Of a stretch of DNA of 64,000 nucleotides, positions 39,426-51,548 are shown piece by piece. The position numbers were made by a program, and so were the translations under genes. This DNA comes from Fistulifera solaris. Taxonomy: Eukaryota. The stretch lies in NCBI GenBank assembly GCA_030295235.1, contig AP026154.1, positions 496,001 through 560,000 on the forward strand, written 5' to 3'. Numbering within the stretch: position 1 is the first letter of the stretch; each line of letters opens with the position of its first letter. The notes below the pieces were generated by a model that searched no databases, was not told the origin of the DNA, and saw only the letters and a program-made list of their open reading frames with translations.

Positions 39426-42400
39426 ATGTTCTCGTCGTTGTGTACGTCGTTATCGAATCTCTACAATAATGCGACTTTTTCCATCAGTCTATCACCGCAA
39501 GCCATTCTGGCCTCCTATTTGTCGACATCACTTGCAGAGTTCTTGCAAGTGGACAGTCATCTCATTGAAACGAGTCTTTTGACCGATCAGCACGTAACAC
39601 TGCGTCAGATCAAGCTCAAACCGAGGACGGTTCGAGGCAATGGTCAGGCTTCGACTATCACTTTGACGGGGACCATTCAACAAATTGAATTTCGTTGGGA
39701 GTGGAGTACTCAAACTTATATTTCGAATGTGCGTTTGATGGTTGCGGGAGTTCATTTACAACTTTTAAAACAGGATGCTACTACGGAAGAAGTGATAAGC
39801 GAAGCCGATGAGTATGCTATTTCTACTTCTGTACCAGAGACAAACACAGCGACTGATTGGAAAGCCGTGTACATGCGACAGATTGTAGATCATCTTTCTG
39901 TCTCTGCAACGGATGTGCAGATTACTATTGACCTTGATGACAAAGCTCTGATTGTGTTGGGTTCAGGCATTGATTTAACGACGAATGAGCAGCAGAAACA
40001 GGAGAACTTAGATGATTCAAAGTCCTTAATGCAGCAAATGTGCCTTAAGTCATTGTCAGCATACTTTGAGCGACCAAACGGAGAACAAGTTCAACTCCTG
40101 GACGCATTTGGATACTCGGCATCGGTGCATAGGGTGTCGGGTCATCGATTTGTCGATGGAATTGTGAATGGCTTGGTAGTTACTGGAAACCCGCAAGAGT
40201 CTATCCAATGGTATTTGGGTGTTTTGCAAGTGGATGGTTTACTGCAACTGCAACGGCTTTTGCGTATTGTCGAACCGGATATTGACATGAGTTTACCAGA
40301 GGCTGACGGTAGTGACCGTGACACGTCCAGCGTCTTCAAGTTTCCTCTTCCTTTAATGTCTGTTCTTTTGGACGAAAGCATCAAACTACAATTCACACAC
40401 GGTGCTTTGCAATACCGAACTGATGGCTCAGAGTGTATCCTCCAGCATGGAAGAATGTCGGTGGAAATGAAAGAAGAACCGTTGGCGGTCTTGAACAATC
40501 TGACCATTGAGTTGATCAATAGCAGCGTTCTTCTGAGCAAGCCATTAGAAGACATCATTGATACCATTAATGTGAAAATTTCAATCAGCAAAGACATGTT
40601 GGAGGCCTTTAATCGCGTTTACGTTAGTTACAGCGAAGTACTGCAATTGAATAAGAATGAGTCGAAAGCATGTATTAGTAACCCTTTCGATTCAAACAAT
40701 TCATGTTGGTCACTTGACATTCAAGGAACTACAAAACTCGAAATGGTCAGCGAGCTTGAATGGATGCAGTGGTCCATGGACAACCTCTCTGCAAGTGCAA
40801 AGTACGGAGCAAAGATACCATTTGATGCAAGCTGGAAGTGTGCTCACCTTTCATCATCGCATGGGATTATGGTTGATACCTCAATGATGGAGCTCATGAA
40901 TAATACATTTCATTTAACAGGAAGCGTGGATATCACCATAACTTCGATGGATGCAGCTACGCAATTTTCAGAGTTTGTGATGGATGCCTCTTCAAATTAC
41001 CCAAGTGACGAGACACAATCTACTGGTTTGTTGTGTAACATTATTATACCGAAGGTCAATGCGGTTGTTCTAGACTCAGACGGTGGGAGGCGAATGGAGT
41101 GCGAGAATATTGAGGTCGATGGCAATTCTTTAACAGTACGCGGGCGGAGCATTCAGATCAGCACAACTGCAAACGGAGCTTCGTCAAACTATTTTTCGTG
41201 TCACGACGTTAGCGCCGCTTTCAAGCAGATAGGAGCTACATCTACAAGTGGTCAGACCGTGAAAGTTGAGATTAAGAATATGCGCAATGTGCGGTACCTT
41301 AGTTCTGTTCATGTCCCGTCACTATTTGCCGAGGCCACAATCGATCTATCAAACATGAATTTATTTTCCAACTTAAGGCTGAATGTTGCGGAGGCGGAAC
41401 TTACTGCAGATTTCAGATCGGCAGACTGGTCAAAGCAGATTGAAAGCAATGCCCAATCAGACCCCATGCTGCTACCAGATGCAAACATATCGAAAATCAA
41501 CCTCACTTTGCACTTCATTGGTGGCGGCATCACACTCGAACATGCAAAAATTAGCCTGCCGGAGTTCCAGGGTAATGAGTCTACACGATCAGACACGCTT
41601 TCAACTCACTACGTAAAGCATGTCAAAAACGCTTGCCATTCTTATTCACAAAAGCAAATGTAGCTGGCTTTAATGTTGGCGACTCTCTGAGTTCCGCAGT
41701 TGCCACCATGGCAGTACAGTCCTCACTTGTTGGAACGTTGGTTGGAGTAGTGGGAAAAGACGGGGTTGGGGCTGCGATTACAGCAGGAAAAGCGACGAGG
41801 GGTGCTACAGAGAATGAAAGATACCATTTGGGAGACTTTTCAAAAGGAATAGCCACTTCTGCGAAGAATGCTTCTTTATTGAGCACAGCAGCTGCATCAT
41901 CAACCTATGCTTCTGAAAATCGAGTCCGACTCTCTTCAGCAGCTGGTACTGGAGTTGGAATGGTTGCTGGTATGGCTTTGGCTGGACCAGCAGGCTTGAT
42001 TGCTGGATCCATTCTCGCAGGAAAGGCTGTCGGCAGCGCAGTCGAAAGACGATTTGGCGATCCGAAAAGAATGCCATCAACGAGTGCAACTGAGCAGGAA
42101 TCAGCAAATACCTCAGAAGGGCCCCTGATTCCGGGAACAAAGTTTCCTGATGCCGCTGCACCTCAACATTCAGCAAATCGCTCAAATGCTCAATTGTTTG
42201 ACCCCCATGGTTTCAATCGAGGATGGAATGCAGATACTGATGCCACAGTAGATGTGGTCAATTCTTCGCTTGACAATCATTCATTGCCTACCTCAAGCGG
42301 TGTAAGAGAAAGTGATATGATCAACACGAGTGACGCTGTTGCCGCTATCCCTGGTGAATCATCAACTACTCAAACTAATAATGGTGGAAGTTACAAGTTT

Positions 42401-42505
42401 GGCAACATCACGCGTGGTATAATTGCTCGTGGTAAAGCAGCACGGGGTGCTAGCAAAACCGAGGGTTACAAGTTCGGTGATTTCACACGTGGCTTCCTCG
42501 GATGA
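39426..42505 (+). CDS. Large hypothetical protein with chorein-N (VPS13/ATG2)-like N-terminus and repeated Y-x-[FL]-G-[DN] C-terminal motifs; frame break at A5 41625-41629
   Basis: ILASYLSTSLAEFLQVD..IETSLL..VTLRQIKLK resembles chorein-N. The body is rich in beta-strand-like sequence. ORFs 39387..41663 and 41633..42505 join with one added A. Confidence 0.6.
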
Positions 42506-42649
42506 ACATAATTTTTGATAGATCACAAGGGGCGGCAGCGCTAATGTAAAGGGTCCCCCTCCTGGCAGCACATAGGCCATCTCAAGAAAACGTTCTCCTA
42601 CCCGCACCCTAAACTAAGCATTTTGGGTCTTCAACCAACATTCTGCAAT

Positions 42650-44150
42650 AAATTTTAGGCCTATGTGGTTGCTTTTTATTCTTTTCAAATATAATCCATT
42701 TCCCATCGGGCACTTTGTTGATAAGATTCAAGAGCTCTTGAGCTCTCGTCTATAAGAGAGGAGGTCAAAAGCCCGTATGACAAAGAGAAAGGAATCGCCG
42801 TGGAATTTGCTTCTCTTGGATGCCGACGAAGCATACTTACCGACAGAACGAGAAAAAACTCGTGCGTTCAAATGAGCAACAAATCCTTGACTTTGGCTTG
42901 TTCCATTGGCGCTGAAGTTTCTTTCCTAGGTGTCTCAATCCTGAAACAGGTTCAAGTTAAAGTGGATCACGGTTAATTTACAACAAAGTAAGCACAAAAT
43001 CCCACCACGAGCAAAGGAAGTCAAGAAGCTTTACTTGAATATCAATAAGTGCACTGCCGAAAAAAGAAGAATGTAGTATTAAGTACAACGTAGTGCCTTA
43101 ACTGTTGCCGACAGCAAAATCAAACGTCAAATGTTCATCTCGCAAAACTTAATGCTCAATAAAACGCTCCAAGGCTTACGGATAAAATTCTCTGTGAAAG
43201 ATCGATGTCAAGCCACCGCATCGCAATTGAAGTGGCAAAAATGTTAACGGAATAGTTCATTGCCTGCATTTTTGTACTACAATATCGTTTCTGGATATTT
43301 AAATCAATTTTTTTATATGCAAATTTTCACGACAAAAACACATATATCGTTGGATGAAAAAGTTTATAGGTTTTGAATATTCAAATGTTAACAAGTGTTG
43401 ATTTATATTCAATTTGTGTTTGTTTAATTACATGATTTAAATTCAATTTGTGTTTCTTTTATTATTACTTTTACTGAAACGTTAAAAAATAACTAAATAA
43501 TCGTTTAAATTGTCGAACAAAATTGAAATCAGCATTTTACTACAGATGTCTATTGAGGTCGTCCTATTGCGACAGACGTAAAATAGGATAGCAGTGTCTT
43601 CAAGAAGATCACAAATTCTTTCAAACAAATGCTTTGACCAGACTGTGCCAACAATTATATCATTTTCTTGTACTTTGCTGATAATTATAAAGGTTACTAT
43701 TGTCTGGATGCGCTAATGCTACCCAAGTCTTCTTATCTGTGTAAATACGGATAGCATTCTTTTACTCCTTTATTAAGCAAAATAGTGTAAGAGCCACTCT
43801 GCGTAAAGATTTCTTGAAGTTATCTTGTCTTTTATTGTCCTCAAAATTGTGGATTGCTTCATTTTCCTTACCAAAGGAATCTAGTTTAACAATTGGAATT
43901 AAAAACTGTAAATCTTTTTCAAAGGGTTCGTCATAGTTCTTAAGTTCTCTTGTTTATAAAAAAATCATTTGATTTAAAGGATGATCCTTTTGGATCTTTT
44001 TTTCCCTTTCCACTGCTGTTCATTCTTTCGTTTAATAATTTGTTTAAATAGTGTTCATCACGTTGAAGGTTCAAAGCTTCGCAAATATTCAAACTGCTCA
44101 GCCTTTTTTACCCCGCAGGATCGCACTTAAGTGCCTTTTTTAAAAAAATG
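42650..44150. other. Gene-free AT-rich island
   Basis: No ORF of 60 aa or more in the track between 42607 and 44562. Hand count gives 247 G+C in 840 nt (about 29%) for 43261-44100, falling to 17-20% at 43381-43500. Confidence 0.8.
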
Positions 44151-44151
44151 A

Positions 44152-44707
44152 TCTACCCTCCTAATGTTCTTTTGAAATCAGCGTCAAAGATGAAGTTTAT
44201 TAAAGAGAAGGCATTAGACGTAGCCGCAATGGCGTCTTTTGCGGAATTTATTGATTAAAGTCGCCGTACCATTGAAGACTACATCATTATTCGACCCATA
44301 ATTTTTTTATGATGTGTTGCGAGGGACTTCCTTTTGTTTTGGACTTTCACAGATGGTTGCAAAGGCCTTCACTGGACGATTTGTAATTGAAATTATAGGT
44401 ATAGCAAAGGGTAAGGTCTACCCTCGTAATGTTCTTTTGAAATTTGCTTCTTACACAAGTTCTGCTACCCAAGAAACAAGATGACGTGAATTTCAAAGGT
44501 GGCATTAGACATATATTTATTGCGCCATTCGCGGAGTTAATAGACTAACGTCGGCGTACCATTGAAGACTACATCATCATTCGACCATTATTTTATTTTT
44601 GATGGGTTGCGAGGGGCCTCCCTTTTGCTTTGGACTTTTACAGATGGTTGCCAAGGCCTTCACTGGACGATTTGGAATAAAAGTAATAGTTTTAGCAACG
44701 GGAACGG
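44152..44707. repeat. Diverged tandem duplication, units 44152-44416 and 44417-44707
   Basis: Both units begin TCTACCCTC[C/G]TAATGTTCTTTTGAAAT. Identical blocks CGTACCATTGAAGACTACATCAT (44265, 44555) and AAGGCCTTCACTGGACGATTTG (44362, 44653). Confidence 0.9.
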
Positions 44708-44950
44708 GGATGACAAGACGAAGTCACACTTGTGTCTTGGCCCTCTTCTTTGCTTCTAAGGTTTTGTATATCCCAAGATCCCTTATTCGGGCAATGCAAT
44801 ATGTTATGATTGCTATTGTCGCGCATGGGTTTGTTTACAAGCGTTACTCTTCGAGTCAGAATTTGTTATGGCTTAGCTCTTTACCGCTTAATTTTACAGA
44901 GTAAAAGTCATCGATAAGTTCTTCCGCTTTTATTACTCTCAATAATATCA

Positions 44951-46596
44951 TTATACAGTGTTTTGTCCCAAACGCTTGCGCTCATCTATTTTCGACAAGG
45001 TATTATTTCTGGGAGACGCTTCTATGCCGACTTCTCCACGGTTGCGAGCTGCCAATTCTTCCAAGCTCACCCCGCTGGTTTCGGGCAGCTGTGTGGAATA
45101 ATACGGCAAGGATACAAAGCCGATCATGGCATACAGGAAAAAGAAACCGGATCCGCCCAGCGCTTCGTTTAAAGAAACGGCGGTAAGTGCTACCAACCCA
45201 CTGGTGCTTCGATTCACAGCAGCACAAAGTGTCATACCCGTAGCTCGTTCACTCAATCCGAGCATCTCACTTGCTACCAAAAACGTAAAAGGACCCAGTC
45301 CAAGGGAAAAACTCGCCATGACAGCACACAGCAAAAGGACGACCAAGACAGGGCTCCACGAAAAGAAGAATGCAGTGCCCAATAAAAATGTCGAAATACA
45401 GAGCGAAAGTGCACTGCCCAACATCAATGGTCGTCGTCCAATTCGATCCACAACTCTCATGGCAATCAACTCTGGAGTCAATTTACACAGCCCGACAAAA
45501 CAATTACCCAGCAAACGCTGTGTCGGTGATGCCAGGCCCGCCTGTTCCAAAAAGTCCGCACTGTAATAAAGCACTGCTTCGGTTCCGGTGACTTGTTGCC
45601 AAAACCCCAATCCCAAGGCCAACTTCATTCCCACCGAAAGATGTGCTACATTCGATATGATTTCTCGAAAACCTGGCGTAGCCGAACTTTCATTGTCGAG
45701 CTCATCTTGAATGGAAGCAACCGTCGAAGCCGCATCTTCCGATCCCAGTTGCTCCAGTACTTGATGAGCTTCATCCGGCTGATTTTTCATGACGAGATAG
45801 CGCGGTGATTCTGGCAAAAGAGCCAAATTATAAAGCACGAGAATCGGTAACAGAATTCCCATTCCTAGCATGACGCGCCATTTCAAATCATCCGGAATGG
45901 GTGATAATTCTACCAAGAAGCCTACAATGTATCCCATGAGAATCCCACCATTGATGGCGACATCAAAGACAGTATTCAAAGACCCTCGTTGATCGGTTGG
46001 TGCGACCTCACTCAAAAATACTGGCGCTACTACAAACGAAACTCCTACTCCCAATCCAGTGACAATTCTCCCCAGCAGTAGAACCCAATAATCCGGAGCG
46101 AGCGCCATGAGCAGTGTACCGGCAATAAACAACCACCCACACAATTGAATGGTAGGTTTCCTGCCTTGCCCGTTTGCAAAATTGCCTCCCAATAAGGCAC
46201 CCGCTGCTGCTACAAAATTTAAACTTCCCATGGCAAATTCTTTTTGTACCGAAGTCAGATTGAGTTGCGCTTGTAAGGGTTGAATTGCGGCGGCCATGAT
46301 ACCGACATCGTAGCCCAGTGTGGCGGCGGTGGCTGCCGCAATGATAACTAGACGTTTCAAGTCTCGATTCAAGCCGCTTGTTGTATAGCTCGTTGTTGTT
46401 GTTACAGTCGATTCGGTATGATAGAATTCGCGTGCTGTTTTGGTCGGTATTGCTTTGTTTTCTTTGAAGAAACCATCACCGAGAGGCGATATCTTCTCCG
46501 AAACTGGAGGAGGAGGAGGAGGCGAAGGAGGGAGTTTGTTTTTCCCTGGACATCGTCCTGTCCTAACAAGTTGTGTTTTTCACTTTTCGATAACAT
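44951..46596 (-). CDS. MFS sugar porter (polyol/monosaccharide transporter-like); probable start 46596 with frame break at T5 46539-46543
   Basis: LGYDVGIM, GRKPT, GRIVTGLGVG, SEVAPTDQRG, WRVMLG, PESPRYL, QQVTG, DRIGRRPL and LPETSGVSLEEL; about 12 TM segments. Confidence 0.92.
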
Positions 46597-47062
46597 GAAA
46601 ATGAATGATTTCAGCTTGCTTTTGCCTATTCAATTTGACAGTTACTACAGTCAGGCAAAGTAAAGAATGAATGGAAGTTACACAAGTTGGTTTTACGTTT
46701 CTTTTCCGAAAAGTCACATTCCTCTAGTTCCTAGTTACTTTGAGTCGCTTTTGTCTATCTCTGGCTTCTCATATCTCTGTCGCGTCTCTATTTTTTTTGC
46801 CATGGTCCATTTTGATTTCGATCGAAAGACAATTTTCCGTGCTTTTTCCTCCGAAGATCTTCAGTCCTGTAAAAAAACAGTCACGTGTCGCACTAAACAG
46901 CTTCCTCGGCAAGCGACAATAATCCCATGACCACTATTCTGCACTAGCTAACCAATATCAAGTGACTAGATCTATAGGTATCATTATCCTGTTTAGAACT
47001 AGAATCCGTTCTTATCGACCAGGTCCAAGAGCAAACTACAGAAAACGCAAACCTGGCCACAA

Positions 47063-48353
47063 TTAGGGCAACACGCATTGCGAGAAATACTCAGTTTTCT
47101 TCTCGCAGACCAATCCGGCGCAGCATGCTTTCTGGATGCAGTTCTGGAAACGCGGAACGCAATTCGTACCAACGGGATCAGTGACCGGAGCTTTCACAGG
47201 AGAGACAACTGGAGGCTTGACAGGGGGAAGGAACTGGGACTTTCACAGGGGTAACGACCGGTGCTTTCGCAGGAGCTGAAACGGGAGCCTTAACAGGAGC
47301 CGCAACGGGAGCCTTAACAGGAGAAGCAGCGGGAGGGCTACCGGAACCATCCAACACCGAAACTAATGCAACAAAAGTGACCGATTGTGTGAGGCACGAC
47401 ACATTGACTTAATTCCGTCATACTTTGTATCTTCGTGCACTTACTTTCGGCACAATTCCAGAACTGTTCCGGTTTTCCCAGACCATCTTTGGAGTAAGGA
47501 AGCGTGCATTGCGCCCTTTTAAGATCGCTACGGACAGGATCGTACGAAACGTTGGTAAAATACTCTTTATATCCGGGAGGAAGGCAGCTGAAAAAATCGA
47601 TGAGTTGCGAAGCAACAGAAAAATGTCGAGCAATAAATTGGACAATAAATCGCTCATTTAATGTCCGTGTCTGTACTTACGAGTTGGACGTCACGTAACG
47701 CCACTATGACATCAAAAGTGTTTGGTGAATCATCATCGTGACAAATTGATACGGTGAGTGAGAAATCCTATGCCAACCAGATTCGGGCTTGATTCGCTAT
47801 AAATACTGCTTACCTGAAGAAGCACTTGGTCGCCAACCAAATTGTTTGGCAAACGAAACTTCATGGTATAAGTCTCATAACGCTCAGCGAGGTATCCTCG
47901 ATCTGGGTACTTCGGATCCTTTGGCATGTCGTAATCCACATCCTCCATAAACTCCAAGGGATACGAATCCAAACAAGCTTGCGTCGACTGACGACCCTTG
48001 GGGCAAGCGCGGAGCTCAATATGTCCCCAGTGATACGCCCAAACACCCGTACTCACTGTAATAACTTGCCCGCGCTGATACGTGGCTTGCGGCTTCCAAG
48101 GCATGGGGTTTCCGGTCGAGTCGACCCAAGCATCGTAATCTTTTTCGTCAACATAACCGCACACGCCGTTGTTGCGATTCAAGCATTGCCAACAATACTC
48201 CTTCACAGGGACACCCGACTTCTCACCATTCGTTCCTTCTTGACGAGCCACCTCGTTTCGACTGCGCGGCAAGAGGAGACTGCCGTGCGCCTCGACGCTG
48301 CTTGGCATCCAAGTCGTCAGCGCAAACGCGATGGAAATGAGAAAGCGAAACAT
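47063..48353 (-). CDS. Secreted lytic polysaccharide monooxygenase (AA15/AA10-like) with Pro-rich linker and CBM1-like tail; introns 47704-47813, 47588-47680, 47363-47444; frame break at G5 47223-47227
   Basis: Signal peptide ends VEA|HGSL (N-terminal His). AYHWGHIELRACP, LLQ|WRYVTSNS|C and PEQFWNCAE|I. (PVKAP)-type linker, then CVPRFQNCIQKACCAGLVCERKTEYFSQCVLP-stop. Confidence 0.85.
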
Positions 48354-49218
48354 AGCTCTACTCTTGTATTTGTGTATCTCGAGAGTTGAAAATTGTGAGT
48401 GTGCCATGTTGAAACGTTTCAATGTCGGCCAGTCCTGAGAAACGACGTTGAAGCATTCCAGAGGAATTTGACATGGCAAATAAATCGCCTTCCTCTAAGA
48501 AAAGACGCTTTAACAGGGTCGGACTCTATTCAAACTTCTTCGTGCATAGCGTCGACTTACAGCGGCGACAGGATTGTAAAATCCTTCAATCCTTGATACG
48601 ACTAGAGGCACATAGGCAATATTTTCCCTTGTCCGAACTTCTTTAAGTAGAATGAATTGTCAAGCTCTTGTTGGATTGATATTTCCTATTCGGCGAACAT
48701 TGTTTATGCGGACCGACGAATCCATCACGCATTAGGTATTTGTATCAATCGGAAATGCGGCAAAAATAATATAAGCTTAAACAGAAACCAGAACGGGCTT
48801 ATAGGAAGACAAAATGTGAGGGCACTGATAGTGCCGCATTTTGTCAGAATGATCCATTTGCATCAGCGATTCGTTTCATCATTATAAAGATAATCTTCAC
48901 TTGCTTTGAAGCAAGAGACGAATAGTAGAAATGAATAATGAAGGCACGTCGTTAGCGCAGAACGCTGAACTTTCATTTGTTCACAAACTATTTTTCAAAG
49001 TCGCACAGCCAGTGTCAGCTCGAGTGTCATCAGTCACACCGGTGAAAAGCCGCTCTAGCACTGGGATTTGAACCAGTCCGCAAGTTTGTTCTTGTCGTTC
49101 GAAAATGCAGACTAATCTAGCTAACATTTATCCATTTATCATGTAAATGTAAATAGTTTCCTAGAAGTTAGACTTCATGACCTTTTTCATTTTCAACACT
49201 AGACATGACTTGTTTTAT

Positions 49219-50820
49219 TCAAACAATCACACCGGGCCGTGTACTACTGTACGCTCCCAACGTGGCTTCAATGCCCCTCGTTTCAATGAGATGCATAGCT
49301 TTGGCAAATGCTTCCTTCATCAACGGATGCTGTCCCGTCTCACCGTATATATCCGTCATATCGAGCCAGCATTGAGGATTCTTCTTGGCGGCCAACGCGG
49401 TTTGGTGCAGCCGATCCCAATGGGGATCATGAGGAGCCAAAATCGAGCCCGCCTCGGTCGTGCCTTGACAGTATCGACACCACATGGCACTCACGATCGC
49501 CAAACCGTCAACACTACGGCCAGCTTTTAAATTGTCCTTCAAAACAGGAATCACAAACTTGGGTTGTCGACTGCTGCCATCGTAGGCGTTGCGATGAATC
49601 GTATCGTTCATGGTGGGATTCGAGAACCGTCCAGCAATGATTTTCCAATAATCTGCCAAGTTCGTCTCGGGTACCGGTCCTACTGTGGGAATAATCTCGT
49701 TCACTTCGAGTGCATCCAAGAAGGCCCGAATCGGCGCGTGTTCCATAGCGTCGTGCACATACTTCACGCCCAGCAGAGCACTGGGATACACCAGACTGGC
49801 GTGTCCACCATTCAAAATGCGGATTTTCATATTTTCAAATGGATGGACGTCTTCCACAAATTGCACCCCGACTTGATCCAAGTCGGGTCGCCCGTTCGAG
49901 AACTTGTCTTCCAAAACCCACTGTCGGAAGGGCTCACAAAAGACGGGAAATGCATCTTCGACACCAAATTGGTCTATCAAATAGTCGCGCTCGAGATCGG
50001 ATGTAGCGGGTGTGATACGGTCTACCATACTGTTGGGAAACTGAACATTCTCTTCGATCCAGTCCGCCATGTACGGATCCGTCATGCGTGCCATACCGAG
50101 CGTCACCTCTTTGCAAACGTGTCCATTTTCGGGGACATTGTCACACGACATGATCGTAAAGGGAGCTACTGCTGACTCTTTGCGTTTCTGAAGGGCTTGT
50201 ATCATAATTCCGAAGATGGTGGAAGGATGATCCGGATTTTCGAGATCTTTCACAATGTGATGGTTATTCGGATCGAACTTTCCCGTGTTGGGGTTCAAAA
50301 GTATCCACTCTCGGTGACAGTCAAACTAGCGATTTTGATATTGGGATTCAAAAAGCTCGTTTGAGAGGCGTATGCGTGTAAAGGTCGACCGGACAAAAGT
50401 CCACCATACTCCCAATCACCCGTGCTTCCGCCGTATCTCCATCTCGTTCGACCAACACCTGTAACCAATCTTGCGTTTCCAACATGTCTCGTTTGTCCAC
50501 ATCAAAAGACATGACTCCTCCACCCAGAATGCCCCAATTGTGCTGCGATGCATCCTTGTCGAGCAAGTCGTCCATGTACGTCGCCATGTGCGCACGGTGA
50601 AAGTTACCGAGTCCCACCTGTGATCAGAGAAAGAAAGGAGAGATTCAGTGAAATGGAGCGTTCGCGAACGACTCGTTCGTTGCAAGTGACTTACATGCAA
50701 TATTCCTGGAGTTACCTTAGCACGATTGTACGAAGGGATTCGAATCGAACTACCCAAAGATTTCAAAGCAGCATCGGAAAGACGCCAAGTAGAAGAGCGC
50801 TGTAGCTGAACGGCGGCCAT
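49219..50820 (-). CDS. Mannitol 2-dehydrogenase (long-chain polyol dehydrogenase family); intron 50618-50694; frame breaks at A5 50350-50354 and A4 50297-50300
   Basis: GILH|VGLGNFHRAHMA, SLTVTE, TIMSCDNVPENG, FPNSMVDRITP, EPFRQWVLED, MKIRILNGGH and RFSNP. Confidence 0.93.
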
Positions 50821-51548
50821 TTTCTCGTTCAAAATGTGCGTTGGTCGAAAACAAAAATCTGCAACGAAACAAAGCCAGCAAAACCAGTCGAGGCGTTAAT
50901 TTATGAATGAATTGAAAATGAAAGAGATTCGAGTCAGAAAAAGCGAAAGGCTGTCGTTGAATCGGCATATGGCAAGATTCATTCTTCCGAACAACCGAAT
51001 GGTGAAATCATTTCGAACGAATGCCGACGAAATCACGAGCGACAATTCTCTAAACAAATCAGAACTCACGTTTCATGTTCGTTTCTCCGAAACTCAGACG
51101 GCTTAATTGTTTGCTCGCTTGTCGTGTTTGCAAGTTTCTCTTTTCAGGATCGACACACCTTCCCTTTTATGCGGATCTTCGGAGCAAGTTCATTGTTATT
51201 TTGTGCGATGTAAAAAGTGGACACCCCCGAATTCTTTTAATTTCGCCAGACTGGAACACGTCACTGTAGAAATGAGTGTACATGACGACATCGGTCGGAC
51301 GATGATAGCTAAAGTGGGAGACAAGTCTGGTCCAGGGAAATGATCTTTTATACAAGTATAGCAGACCAGCAATTCCGCTGAAAAGTAACGAGTGTAAGTG
51401 AACGTCGGTTCAGATTATTGCTGACGAGTTTGTATACTACTCCGTATTTACGTACTCTGGGTGACATCGAATATCGATTGAGTCGTCGGTCTAAGTAGGT
51501 CAAGTGTTCCAGGAACTTGTATTTGCGCGAGCGCCACCGCTTTAAGGG

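Noticed and set aside
44152..44707. Possible LTR pair or CRISPR-like repeats
   Set aside because: The copies abut directly with no internal region, TG..CA ends or spacers.
49050..49135. tRNA-like T-arm (GGTTCAAATCCC) on the minus strand
   Set aside because: No convincing D-arm, anticodon arm or 7-bp acceptor stem; at most an isolated B-box-like match.
50297..50354. Two TTT-TGA frame breaks 53 nt apart in mannitol dehydrogenase, suggestive of programmed frameshifting
   Set aside because: Each is fixed by adding one base to a T run. The other 14 breaks in the window involve different bases and both directions with no shared signal, which fits sequencing error.
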